A stretch of 64,000 nucleotides of DNA from assembly GCA_051047955.1 (NCBI GenBank), contig JBPGPT010000013.1:372001-436000 (forward strand). The letters are read 5' to 3'. This document shows, one piece after another, positions 50,064 to 62,251 of this stretch. Each line of letters starts with the position of its first letter. The stretch's first letter is position 1. This stretch comes from Cystobasidiomycetes sp. EMM_F5 (taxonomy: Eukaryota). The translations under genes and the position numbers were made by a program. The notes under the pieces were generated by a model. The model saw only the letters and a program-made list of their open reading frames with translations. It made no database searches and was not told where the DNA came from.

Positions 50064-51776
50064 CTAGACGAAACTATTGGCGAATGGCGGACTGCTGATC
50101 GGCTTATCCTGGATGGCAAAGCGCGGTAGAACTGGTCTGCGAGACTCGCGCTTCGACAGAGCAGATGGCGGGCGACCTTGCTGCTCGTCCATCGGTCCAG
50201 TAATGTGTACCGACGGAAGGAGACCAAAGTTGTGCACATCGTACTCGGGGCTTGCAGCCCGGATGCTGGTCGGACTGAGACGCAGGTCCTTGAGCTTGGC
50301 GGCAGAAGGTGGTGTGACCATTGTGAAGGCAGGAGAATTGACTCTGGTAGTGTCGCTGGAAGGAGAAGCGGAGATAGATCGCGACATGAAGCTCTTGACG
50401 TCGGTGTTGATAGCTAGATCGATGAATGTCAACAATGTCAGCGAGACTACTCACCCCAATCCCAAAAACAGAAGACAACTAACGCGTGAGCATACGTTCA
50501 GGTTCAGCTTTCGAAAAGCTGACAAGATTCTGAGGTGGGAAGCATCAGCCGTTACTGGTAGGATTATTGATGTTAGCGCACGTACCCTCGTAAAAGAGTA
50601 AAGGATACTGTTTGCAAACCCGCCAAGCGCAAAGATAGATCCACAGATGGCCAGGGCATCGCTGGACCAGACGTTGCCGGAAAGCGACGACAGACGGTAC
50701 ATGGACAGCGGCAGTATGACAACAAAGTTGACGACCGGATAAGCTAGCATGACCAATGCCGAGCGATCAATTTTGCTTCGCAGGTTCGATGCGGCGGTGG
50801 ATGGGCGTTGGTGTTGTACGAGTCCGCGTGCGGGATAGCCCTTCTCGCTTCGAGGTTCATTGAATGCAATTCGGTCGATACGCCTCTCGAGAGCCGTGCG
50901 GAAGCGTAAAGTAACGAACACGGCGCAATATGCGATAAGCTGGCCACCTGCAGACAGGAAGAGCTATGACGAAATTCATCAGCTATTGGTTTAGTAGGGT
51001 TTAGCATCAAACGCATATGAGGCTACTTACGAAAAGATAATGTAGCGAGAGTCTCTCTGCCTCGTAGCCGGAGGAGATCCAGCACCACGAACCCGCTCTG
51101 CCGTAAAATTGACCCTTGGCTTCCTTTTGAACGGCGAGCGGACCGATGGCGGAAACGAAAGCGACAAAGCACCAGATAAAGACGCAGGCGAACTTGATTA
51201 CGATAGATGGCGGTTTGTATGTGAAACCGAGGAATGCGACTGTATGAATGGCAATGAAGAGACTGAAGAATGCTCAAGCTACGTCGCCTGCCTGTATACC
51301 GATAGCCTGTACCGCGCAAACGCCGGTAGATGCATCAATATCGCCTCGGCCGACCCATGCCCAACTCAAACCAAAACCCAATGCTTGCATGCAGTCTGCA
51401 GCTAGGAGATTGATGAAGAGGCCGCCTGCCTGTGAGCGGAGAAAGCGGATGCCAGAGCGAGCGGGAACATTTTCGGTAGCCACACCGCGATACCGAAGGT
51501 TGAGAAGAGTAACGTAGGTGCCGATTGAAATGCACGAAAGAAAAGATAGCTTTCGGGAGGGTTATCAGGGGTGTACAGGGGGTATCGGTCAATGAGAACT
51601 CACAGTCGCAGCTGCAGCAACGGCCTGGCAGAAGGATGTGGAGCACATCAGCTGAGTATCTCATATTGTTGACAAGGACGTACGATTGCTGCAGTCTGGC
51701 TGCAATGCAGATTGATCCCAATCAGCAAAGGTCATCCGCCAATATTCGATGTTTTCGGGACTCACTTGAACGCCAT
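50064..51776 (-). CDS. Git3/Gpr1-like (cAMP-receptor-like) G-protein-coupled receptor
   Basis: LFINLLAADCMQALGF, CAVQAIGIQAGDV, AGSWCWIS, MLAYPVVNFVVILPLSMYRL and GGFANSILYSFTR, followed by a Ser-rich tail. The 5' exons are uncertain. Confidence 0.8.
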
Positions 51777-52466
51777 GACAGGAAAGCGAGCGTGGTTGAA
51801 TGAGCGTGTGTAGAGAAATCAGAAAATATAGCCTGAGGCTGCAGAAATTGAAACCGTTATGAGTGGATGGAAAACAAGAGTGGGTGGGTAATTCATTCCA
51901 GGGGTCCCATCGCGGATATGCGCGCAACTTGTCAGTTCAGGTCCAGCCAGTCTCTTGGTCAGTCGTGTAAAGTAAATGCAGTATGCTGGTCTCTCCTGTC
52001 GCAATACTCTGCTTTGAGCACACCCTGAGTCTCCAATCAAGCATCTTTTGAACCGTCTTCAAATAGGCATGAAAGCACGTCAGTAATGGAAGCCTACATG
52101 GCTCTTCATAGCACCATCTAGCACTCTGTTCAGGCAGGTAATTATAACACTTCGCTTTTTATCAGGTTTTGGTTTGCAGGAAACCCCGAAGCTGAAGCCT
52201 TTGAGTCGATGAACCCACTCATGTGCTGTGATGGAAGAGCCGTTGCAGCCTGTGCAATCATCATCACCCTCATACATACCAGCTGAGCTTCTTACTTCAA
52301 CTCCCAAAATTTGGCCAAAAACATACTCTTTCATCACTAGCGAGTCTCCACATAGCTATAGCTCCAAACGATAACCCTTATCTCGCAGCATAACTTAATT
52401 GTACTATAAATCTCCTCTGCAGCCTACTCCGAGACTTGGTGTGTCTTCCTGCGTCTTCCCGCCGGC

Positions 52467-55017
52467 CTAACCAGAGTAGCGGAAATGCTAGAGGGAAAAT
52501 CATCATATCATCAATGGCTGACCAATGATAGCTGTCGATCTTTACTCACAAGATTCTCACGATCTGTGAGATCACGCAAGCCAGAAGTGGGATCGGGATT
52601 GGCATCTCCATAGCCATACGTTGCCGGGTCCGTGAGAGCCAGCTTGTCTCGACGCCGATTCTCGATACGCTGAATGCCCCAGGAAAGCCAAGCTGTTATA
52701 ACGAACAGCACGCTGAAACTATACGTATTGTTCAGTCCATGCTGCACACTTTCGGTGCTCGACTCGACTCACGATAACGTAAAAGACAGGCCGGTGAAAT
52801 ATCGAGGAGCTTGGCTCGTCAAGAAAGTCTGAGGAGTTATCAACGCGCTGACACAGTATGCGACGAAGAGCCTGAAAGATTGTCGTGAAGTAGATCAGTA
52901 CAGACTCAGCAAGCGGTTGCTGCACTGCGTACATTGCTGTGGCAGTCTGCTTCTTTGTAGAGCCAGCACAGTTACATGAAATTGTCGCCATCGTCTGGGT
53001 GTACGATGCTCCGTTCATTGACAAGAGCACCACCCCGGCTAGACGCGCGTTTTGTGTGCTGGGAGTGGGCTCGCTGACCAACAGGATTACACAACCTGCA
53101 ATCGCTCCTAGCACAGCCGTGCCGACGAGGGGCTGCTTTAGGTTCCTTGCTCTCCAGTAATACGTAGGTGGAAAACCTGATTTACGATGTAGGTGAATAA
53201 TTTGTAATTTAGTCAATCATTCGCGATTCCAATGACTGGATCTTCCATATGAACGTACAGACCCATATGCAGGTTAGGAACTGCATTGCAAAGTTGGGCG
53301 CGGATAATAATTGTGCTCGGAGGGCGGTGAAACCGAGTCCTGGGAAGAAAAGTCAGGAAATGGTTTTTCTTCGTAAGAACTGAATCACCTTTGATTATGA
53401 TTCCGATGAAATTGCTTTGTACAGAGCCGATAGCTTGAGAAAAGAACATTTGTAAAACGATGAGCCAGACCCGGTAATCTAATAGAGCTTCCTTCGCCTG
53501 TGCAAATTTGTAAGTCGTATTTTTGATCCCGACTTGCGCTTTCGCTACGCGGTCTACAGCAATAGCGCGTTCTCTGGCGTTTAGGAACCAAGAAGTCTAT
53601 CGTCGGAGCGGTCAGTATACTCAATCAGCGCAAAATCTTGTATACTCACGGCAGGATTGTCTGGCATCATGAAGAACTGCAAAAGTCTTCCATTCAGTCT
53701 CCCGAACACCACCGCCTGCGAGCTCGCTTACTATCAGTATGCCCGTCGCGCTTGAAACTAATCCGACAAGGAGGAAGATGATTTGCCACGGAACGAAGGG
53801 CCCGCTAGAAATTTGACCGATACCATAGTACTGCATGTTGATGATCGCCTTAGCAGAAGCGATACTTGATCTGATTGCGCGCTCACGATGACAAGGAAAG
53901 GGATGGGCAGAAGCCCGTTGAGGAGCGTCCACATACCAAAGCGGGCGGGCTGTTCGCGCTGAGTATAGTAGTTGGATGTGATGAGGAGGAGTCCCGGTGC
54001 CAACGTAGCTTCGAATACTCTAGACACGTCGGTCAGATGTTGCTCAAATTGTACCAGAAATTGAAACTGTACCCAAGGAGGAAGCGCATAGCAGCGACCA
54101 TGGCAAAACCATTCGCCCAGGTAAGAGCTAGGAGCGTGATACCCCACAGAAAGAATGCAACGCCGATGACCTGAATGACGGCTCAGCGGGGAAAATTGTG
54201 GACTTCTCCACAATAAAAACGTACTTTTCCGGCATGGAATCTCTGCATTAGGCGAGTGGCCACAGGACTCCCGACTAGATATCCAAAGTAGAAGATCTGC
54301 AACAGTACTCAGTGTGTGTACTGGAGTGCGCATCCGAGTGGGCGGCCAAAGTTTGGTGGCGACCATTGGACGGAAAGCTTACAGAGACGGCCCATGAATA
54401 TTGTGTTCCCTATATGAGTCCGTCAGCTGTTGAACATGGTACGAGGCGTTGAGTCACTGACCACAAACTTCAGGTCGTTTGTCAGTCCGTACGTTGCGGC
54501 TGCTCCCTGTTGATGATACTTATGTTAGTGACCAGTCGGGTTTCTAGTGGACCCCCTGGGATTCACAAGCGCAGTCTTATCCACATATCTACGTGCAATG
54601 CTTCATGTTAGCCAAGTCAGGATGTTCGGTATGTTGATTCTGACTGACTGGAGACCGCAGGCCCAGGCGGACAAGGGCATCAGTGCCCAGTCTATCTTGC
54701 GGAGAACGCGGTCGTGTTCTGTGATTACAGGACGCATATAGCCGAGACCAAGTGGTAATGTTGGGCGGATAAAGCCGGGGTATGGGGTTTCGGGGAAGTT
54801 TCGGAATTATACACGGGTCAAGTCAGCTCGCGCACAGAGTATCATGTAACACATAATATCACGCACCCTGCTGCGTATACGTAAGAGCTCCGTCTTGAAG
54901 CTCGGCTGCAACGTCTTCGGGCAGGATTTCCGGCTTTGTGGTGAGCACATGCTTGTTTTGCAAGGCCAGCTCTTCCTGGCTATCCAGAGCCTTGTCGTCG
55001 TGTAGTGAGCCAGCCAT
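52467..55017 (-). CDS. MFS anion:cation symporter, allantoate permease (DAL5) family
   Basis: VLRKIDWALMP, QYVDKTA, RFLLGVFEATLAPG, YYTQREQPARFGMW, WQIIFLLVG, MPDNP, NCAGSTKKQT and DLTDRENLHFRY. Many introns. Confidence 0.9.
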
Positions 55018-55623
55018 GCTTGGATATTTAACGCGTCAGATATGTACGCAGAGAAGGAGTGTATCAAGAAGCAAGAGGGGAAGCTGGGAATCCTTTTGAG
55101 TGCGGAGTCTCCGCCTAAGCTACATTGATGCCGAATGCGCCTTCGGTTGAATTCGCGGGCGGAGTGCGGTCCACTATTCCGCCTCCTAGTTTCCCGAAGC
55201 CGTCGCGCATTAACACCTAGGAAGTCTATCGAAAATCAGCATTTCTTCGTTAGCCAAGGATGTCTTCGTGTCAGCTGTGTATGGGATAATCCTGAAATGT
55301 TCTCCGCTTCTTGTGGTTTGGTCACGCTTACTATTAATCGGAGCCGTAGCAGGAGGCCTTGTGCCTGAAACGAAAGGGAGACGTGATTGCATCAAACTAG
55401 CTATAAAGAATTCTGGTCAATATATTACCTATCAATATGTCGCGTCTATTATTCAGTCGTAAGCTGCTCAAATTGCTGTGTACACTAGACGGACGATAAA
55501 GTCAGATACGCGGTCATCATGAATAGCAATCGGTTCGGCAAATTTAAGGCTTATGTTAGTTGCAGCAGACGGTGGTTTCCTACGTCGAGACGCGACTCAC
55601 GACAGCATGAAAGCCTGCGCTTT

Positions 55624-56002
55624 TCCTCCACATCCACCCTCAGAATCTGGTGCATGCGCGACATGTCGATACGTATCCCGTCATGCGGGGCGATAAAGTG
55701 TTCTACCAGACTTGTTTCGTGGGAGAAAGGGATGACGGGAATACGATACTCATGCGCTATGACCATGGCGTTGTTGGCATCTTTCGTCGATTCGGTATGC
55801 AGCACGACAGCGGCAGCCGGACTTGCATCCTTTACAGATTACATCGTCAGCGTATGCCTTCCATCGATACTGGTATAACGCACCATGGTGTGCTTGACGA
55901 ATACCCTGCTCATCGTCGTATACGGGACCTGGTCGCTAAATGTTTCTTGAAGCTCCGTCACGCCTCCGTATCGCCAGCAATAACTTCTGTGGAATGGGGC
56001 CC
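55624..56002 (-). pseudogene. Decayed, inverted partial copy of the D-lactate dehydrogenase gene at about 62493-62870
   Basis: LHTESTKDANNAMVIAHEYRIPVIPFSHETSLVEHFIAPHDGIRIDMSRMHQIL versus the intact LYAESTEDVSNAMVIAHKYRMPVIPFSGGTSLEGHFTAPHGGLCIDISRMDKIL. The intron is retained, there are frameshifting indels, and the copy is truncated at both ends. Confidence 0.88.
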
Positions 56003-56188
56003 AAGCTGCATGAATAGAAGAACGGAACTGTAGAATCAGAAGTTGAATACTGTATGCGACCTTGAAACGCAAGACTCAGCTGTGATTTGTGGTTCAGTCG
56101 TGTCTGGCTTTATTGGGCCAGTTTCGCTGGCTACGGCAATGCTTCCGACCAACCAGACGAGAACATGGGTTGCGCCTGCAGATGACAA

Positions 56189-57538
56189 ATGATGAAGCTG
56201 TCACTGGGCGGGAGTAATCCCCAGAATGGGCAGAGCAAAGGTGGACTATCGCTCAAAGGCAAAGCAACGTCGGGCAACAGCCTCAAACCTGGCAAACCGT
56301 CGCAGCTGAGCAAAGGCAAAGAGAAGCTACCTGCATTCGGCGCAGACGACGACGAGGACGACAATGATGAGAAGAATGCCGCCAACGGACCAGTTCGTAT
56401 CGATCCATCCCGAGCTGGTACATCCACCAAGTCGCGGACGCTACAGAAGACCCACGCAGCAGCTACAGAAGTAGACCCTAGTATCTTTGCATACGATGAA
56501 GTGTACGACAACATGAAGGCGGCAGAGGCCGCTGCGGTACAAGCGAGAAAGAACGCCAGCGAGTCTGACAAACCAAAGTATGTGTCGGGTCTGCTGCAAG
56601 CGGCAGAGACACGCAAAAAGGATAGGATACGTGCAGAAGATAAGCTTATTGAGCGAGAACGAGAGAAGGAAGGCGATGAGTTTCAAGACAAGGACGCTTT
56701 CGTTACCCAAGCTTACAAGGAACAACAAGCTGAACTACGGCGGGCTGAAGAGGAAGAGCGGATACGGGAGGGTGAGTTAACTTCGCAAATTAACAATAAT
56801 GCACTGAAGTACATGCTTATTCCCTCACGTTCAGAACAAGAAGCCAAGAAGCCCGGTGGAATGGCAGCCTACTATCGTGATGAACTGGCCCGCAAAGAGG
56901 CGATTCATGCAGCAGCCATGGCAGCAGCGACTTCTGCTGCGCTTTCAGCTCAGTCGGCAGCCGAACAACCTACAGAGACTGCCGCAGAAGCCGATCTGCG
57001 AGCCCATGGTCCAAAGAGCGAATCAGCACTCGCGGCAGAGGCGTCTGCTGCGCTCGGTCGAACAGTCCAAGTGAACGAGTCTGGTGAAATCATCGACAAG
57101 CGAGAGCTGCTAGTTGGAGGACTCAACGTCAAACCTCGGAGGATACAAGGCCCCGCTAGCGGTCCCTTGCGAGGATTTGGGCTCAGCATAGCGGAGCGCA
57201 AAAAGGCTGCTGAGGACGAGGCAGTTGCCAATAGGGAAAAGGAGAGGAAGGAGCGTGAAGACCTAGCGAGTCTGGGTATGACTGGACTAACGATGGCACA
57301 GCGGCAGCAGATGAGTCGGGAGAGGCAGAGTAAAGAGATGGAGAAGCAGCTGCTGGAGCATCAGGAGAGGAAACGGAAAGCGGACGAGGACAGGCAGAAC
57401 GAGGTCGTCAAGCGGATCGCCAAGCGCAACAATGACGAGTCCAAGGTGGAGGAGCTGAAGAGGCGTGCTCTTGAACGTCGTCTGGCCAGACAGCAGCAGA
57501 ATACGACGGCGGGAGAGACGGAGACGCTGCCGTCGTAA
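56189..57538 (+). CDS. Nuclear speckle splicing regulator NSRP1/CCDC55-like (DUF2040) coiled-coil protein
   Basis: VDPSIFAYDEVYDNMK, PKYVSGLLQAAETRK, EREKEGDEFQDKDAFVTQAYK and IIDKRELLVGGLN. Probable in-frame intron at about 56772-56834. Confidence 0.9.
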   Translation: MMKLSLGGSNPQNGQSKGGLSLKGKATSGNSLKPGKPSQLSKGKEKLPAFGADDDEDDNDEKNAANGPVRIDPSRAGTSTKSRTLQKTHAAATEVDPSIFAYDEVYDNMKAAEAAAVQARKNASESDKPKYVSGLLQAAETRKKDRIRAEDKLIEREREKEGDEFQDKDAFVTQAYKEQQAELRRAEEEERIREGELTSQINNNALKYMLIPSRSEQEAKKPGGMAAYYRDELARKEAIHAAAMAAATSAALSAQSAAEQPTETAAEADLRAHGPKSESALAAEASAALGRTVQVNESGEIIDKRELLVGGLNVKPRRIQGPASGPLRGFGLSIAERKKAAEDEAVANREKERKEREDLASLGMTGLTMAQRQQMSRERQSKEMEKQLLEHQERKRKADEDRQNEVVKRIAKRNNDESKVEELKRRALERRLARQQQNTTAGETETLPS

Positions 57539-57741
57539 CGAGTACGTTACTGGCTGCCAGACCGAGTGCAGTACATGTTGTTGTGAATATGAAATGCTGC
57601 TACATTTATATCGGATATTCGACGTTTACATCTTGACTCCCAACCCATCGTCGACACTGCCGACCCATCTGAAACCTGGCCCATCCCTGACCACTGCATC
57701 ACCAACCTGACCCATCGCTGCCAATCACCGTCAACCCAGCC

Positions 57742-60247
57742 ATGGCTGCAGTCATGAGCCCTTCGGATCCGCTGCACGCTGCACAGAAGCGAAAACGGTG
57801 AGCTGGCTGGGGAGATGGCGAGGCCAGGAGTTGGCAGGGGACTGACTATTCCGTAATGATGGGGCAGGTCTGTATCGCCAGACGGCGAGGAGCCGCGACC
57901 ACGGCTGTACGATGTCGACCCAGAACGGCGACGAGAAAGAGAACGTCAGATGGCAATACGGAGCGCAGAGGCAGAGCTGGAGGCGGGCAACAATGGCGCA
58001 GCAGCAAAGCCAAAGGAGGATCCAAAGGCCGAGGTGGGCTGCAGTTTGGCCGTGCGATTCTCACAAACGCTGATGGCTTTTGTTTAATCTTTGTGGTCGT
58101 TTCAAGATGGCACGAATGGCACTCACGAGGGGCGGCGGAACGTACATACCACCCCATCGGATGAGAGCAATCATGGGCGAGACGGCGGTGCTGCGAGGTG
58201 GTGCATCCCCCGAGTTTCAGCGACTCTCCTGGGACGCCCTTCGAAAATCAATCAACGGTCTCATCAACAAGGTCAACACTTCAAACATCAAGCAGATTGT
58301 CCCAGAGCTGTTTGGCGAAAATCTCATACGAGGGAGAGGTCTGTACTGCAGGAGCATCATGCGCGCACAAGCAGCTTCGCTGCCCTTTTCGCCAGTGTTT
58401 GCAGCTCTGACAGCCATCATCAATACAAAACTGCCGCAGATTGGAGAGTTGCTCGTCACACGGTTGGTGAGCCAATTCAGGCGAAGCTTCAAACGAAATG
58501 ACAAGGTGCGTATCGAATACACAAGGGCGGGTTCAATCCCAGCTCGCTGACCGTCATTCTACATAAACAGCCATCCTGCATTGCTACGACTACATTTCTA
58601 GGTCAACTCGTCAACCAGCAAGTCGCTCACGAAATTGTTGCTCTACAAATCCTCATTCTCCTGCTGGAACAGCCAACTGGAGACTCTGTAGAGATTGCCG
58701 TAGGCTTTATGCGCGAGGTCGGTGCCTTCTTGGCAGAAGCAGTACCAAAGCCAAATACTGCAGTCTTTGAGCGTTTCCGTGCCATTCTGCACGAGAGCGG
58801 CGTGGACAAGCGTGTGCAGTACATGATTGAAGTGCTGTTTCAGGTGCGGAGGGAGAAGTTCAAGGACAATCCAATCATACCAGAGGGTCTCGATTTGGTC
58901 GAGGAAGAGGATACCATTACTCACCGAATCAGCTTGGATGATGAGCTGGTCGTACAAGACGGGCTCAATGTGTTCAAAGTTGACTCGCAATTTGAGGAAA
59001 ACGAGGCAAAATACAAGGAGATGAAGCGGGAGATTCTTGGAGACTCGGACGATGATAGCGACAGCGCTTCGGGTAGTGGCTCGGATGCGGAAGACGAGGA
59101 GGAAGATGTCGACACTGGCATCAATGCCGATGGTACCGTGGCTATTCACGACCAAACGGAAACAAACCTCGTCAATTTGAGAAGGACAATTTACCTCACC
59201 ATCATGTCGGCTCTCGACTTTGAAGAAGCTGTCCACAAGCTACTCAAAATGCAGATCCGTCCAGGTCAGGAGAGCGAGTTGTGCAACATGATTATCGAGT
59301 GTTGCTCGCAGGAAAGATCCTACTCCAAGTTTTACGGGCTCATGGGCGAACGCCTTTGCAAGATCAACCAGGTCTGGAGCATCGCATTCGAGGGCTGCTT
59401 CAAGACTTACTACGACACCATTCACCGCTACGAGACTAATCGATTGCGCAACGTGGCTCGCTTCTTTGGCCACCTTTTTTCGTCGAATGCCATACCATGG
59501 TCAGCAATGGATGTTATACGCATGACGGAAGACGACACTACGTCATCCTCTCGTATCTTTGTCAAGATTATATTCGAGGAAATGGTCGGCGACATCGGTC
59601 TGGCAGCCATGAAGCGACGATTCTTTGAGGATCCAGCTCTGCGCCCATTCTTTGAGGGTCTGTTCCCGAAGGATCATCCAAAGAATACACGCTTTTCAAT
59701 CAATTTCTTTACGTCAATTCAGTTGGGCGCTCTGACCGAGGACATGCGAGAGCATCTAAAATCTGCCCCGGCCCTGCTCATGGCCCAGCAACAAGCACTG
59801 GCAGCCCAACGGGCTGCGAATGGAGGCGACGACAGTGATAGTGATTCCTCATCCTCGCTGTCATCAAGCTCGCTTTCTTCATCGCTGAGCGAGTCGTCCG
59901 ATTACTCTAGTGATGATTCACGTAGACGTCGAAGATCCAAGCGAAGTCCTCCGCGACGGGACGATCGCCGCTCGCGAGATAGACGTCGCTCTTCCACACC
60001 TCCTCGACGCAGGGATGATACAAGGAGAGCACAATCCAGCGAAGATGAAAGATCGCCTGTCGTCCGAAGATCCCCACCTCGTCGTGACGACCGGGACCGC
60101 AGAGGCAACAGAGTGGACAGTCGCGACAGGCAAAGGTCTCGTAACGATGACCGTGATGACCGCAATGGCAGACGTCGAGAAGACGACCGAGATCGCCGCC
60201 GTCGCAGTTCGAGCAGAGATGATGACCGGAGAAATAGCAGACATTAG
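57742..60247 (+). CDS. CWC22: Pre-mRNA splicing factor Cwc22 (MIF4G + MA3 domains, RS/RD tail)
   Basis: GGTYIPPHRMR, QRLSWDALRKSINGLINKVN, ENLIRGRGL, LRRTIYLTIMSALDFEEAVHKL, TTSSSRIF and NTRFSINFFTSI. Confidence 0.97.
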
Positions 60248-60420
60248 CAGCGGAGAGTAGGAGATTGTGTAAGAGTTTATTCAAAATGAAATCGACGTAC
60301 AGATGTTAGGAAGGGTGTCTGACCCTGATGGAGAGGCCACAAGCAGCATGGACGGCTTTGACCGGAATCACATCGCAACCTGAGTGCTTGGGCGTGAGTA
60401 TATCATAACCGCACACGTTG

Positions 60421-60885
60421 TCAATCGCTAGGGCTACAGCTTGGTTGTCCAGCCTCGACGGGCTTCATCGCAACGTCATTGACCATCTTTCGCCCAGTTT
60501 GCTCAGCTGGCGAGATACTGCTCGGATGCCTTTTGGTTGACCTCGCCGACCTTGTCGTAGGCCTTCTGGAGCAGCGATTTGTCCTCTGGCGGTGTCCTGG
60601 GATCTGAAGTGCCGGGCTGCGATCCAAAATCAGCGGTGCTCGATATTCCTGGATGATGATGCCTCACGAGCCTCGTATCCTCCTCAAACGTCTTCTCTTC
60701 CTTTGCTTCTCGTCGTGCTTCCTTGTCGACGTCTTCGCCGGTGTCTGTTGCTCAACTTGAGTTTGTATCCACAGTCTCATCGTCAAAGCCTCCCCACCTT
60801 GCTGCCTCCCTGACCACTCTTTGCGATCCTGCAGACCTTCCTCGACAGTCTGGTTCATCGTGTAGGATCCGCTCAGGCTCGACAT
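60421..60885 (-). CDS. Predicted small hydrophilic protein (about 110-120 aa), spliced
   Basis: AAAATG at 60885; an intron GTGGGG...AACAG joins MSSLSGSYTMNQTVEEGLQDRKEWSGRQQ to DTGEDVDKEARREAKEEKTFEEDT...KSLLQKAYDK. It ends at about 60503, or at 60421 if a second intron is used. Confidence 0.45.
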
Positions 60886-60981
60886 TTTGCGAGTTGGGTG
60901 ACGAGGAAAGGGTGATATCAATCTGGTATCGACATTATTGCCTTTGACTACTGACAACAGGAGCTGATCCTTCATACTCGA

Positions 60982-61987
60982 CTACCGATGTGACAACGCT
61001 TGAACGGCACTCCCCGCTGCCGCATCTAATTCGGTCACATTGTCCAGACCAACGACTTTGTAGCTGTACGCAGGGTTCATCAGCTGAATTTTGCAGCATT
61101 TCCAATACATCACTCACAAGTCCTTGATGCCCAACACTTTGCAGCTCTCTTTATCTGTCCCGCTTGACAGAATCTCCGAATATGATTGACGTAATGCATT
61201 CGCAGCCGGAATGAAGCCCGCGCAGCCAAAGATGCACATCTTGAAGCCAATCTCTTCCGCTTCTTTTAGCGTGATATGTGGATGCCCGGCTACTATCGGC
61301 AGTAGAACTGGGTGTGGTGCCAACGATCTAACAACCAGTTCCGCGTCGCTCCTGTTCTGTATGCCTTCTATGAAGCCGACGTCGGCTCCTAGAGCAAGCG
61401 CATCCTTCACTCTGCGTATCGCTTCATCGAATCCCAGATCCTGTGCACAGTCGGACCGCGCGACAATCACAATATCGGATTCCAGGCTTTTCCTTGCATT
61501 CACAGCAGCGCTTATCCGTATCAAAAACTCCTCCCTGCTCGCATATTGCTTTGAGTCCAGAGCACCGCACTTTTTTGATTGAACTTGGTCTTCGATGTGA
61601 AAGGCCGCTACGCCAGCTCGTATGTACGCTCGACACGTCCTGTCGTTCATGCTCGCCCCGCCAAAGCCAGTATCCGCATCAGCGAGTACCGGAACAGAGG
61701 GGTCCAGTCCGGCAATCATGGTAGCATTTGAAACGACGTCGTTTAGCTGCAAAAGCCCCAGATCAGGCTGTCCTAAGCGGGATGCACTCGTTCCAGCTCC
61801 TATACTAGAGACTGCATTAGCAACGTTATCCACATCTCGAGGCAGATATGTACTCGCCTGTCATGTAGAGAGCTTTGAAGCCTAATTGAAGCGCGACTCT
61901 GGCGGAGATACCATCATAGACGCCTGGTAACGCAATAATGCCTGGCTGAGCCAGCATTTCTCGAAGGCGGGTGGAGCTGGCTTTCAT
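60982..61987 (-). CDS. Isocitrate lyase/PEP mutase superfamily C-C lyase (oxaloacetate hydrolase / 2,3-dimethylmalate lyase / carboxy-PEP mutase-like)
   Basis: PGVYDGISAR, ALYMTGAGTSASRLGQPDLG, ADADTGFGG, HIEDQVQSKKCGA, IVARSD and GADVGFIEG. Two introns. Confidence 0.93.
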
Positions 61988-62251
61988 GATGACGGTGGGG
62001 CTAGGGATGGAGCAGAATATCGACGCGATCAAACAACGGTCAGCATATACGGCTAGTATACTCGGTGCAGTACTAAACCGAAAGGCATTCAGCTAGCCGG
62101 CGGAGATGCGGACCGCTGCTCCACATTCTCGGTTAATCAGTATAAGTGTCCTTTGAGCCGGTATATCGCGGCAGAGGGAGTTAGCTACGCTACAGCGACA
62201 GAATACGCTGTCCACCATATCGTCCGAGCTCGTCTTTTCATTTAATCACTC

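Noticed and set aside
54760..54800. Four G-tracts (possible G-quadruplex or CreA/Mig1-like sites) in the first permease intron
   Set aside because: A single short occurrence that could arise by chance; it cannot be supported without conservation data.
58520..58550. GGGTTCAATCCC resembling a tRNA T-arm / B box
   Set aside because: It lies in a ~64-nt CWC22 intron with no D-arm, anticodon arm or acceptor stem.
59820..60247. Repetitive Ser/Arg/Asp-coding DNA
   Set aside because: It is the ordinary RS/RD tail of Cwc22.
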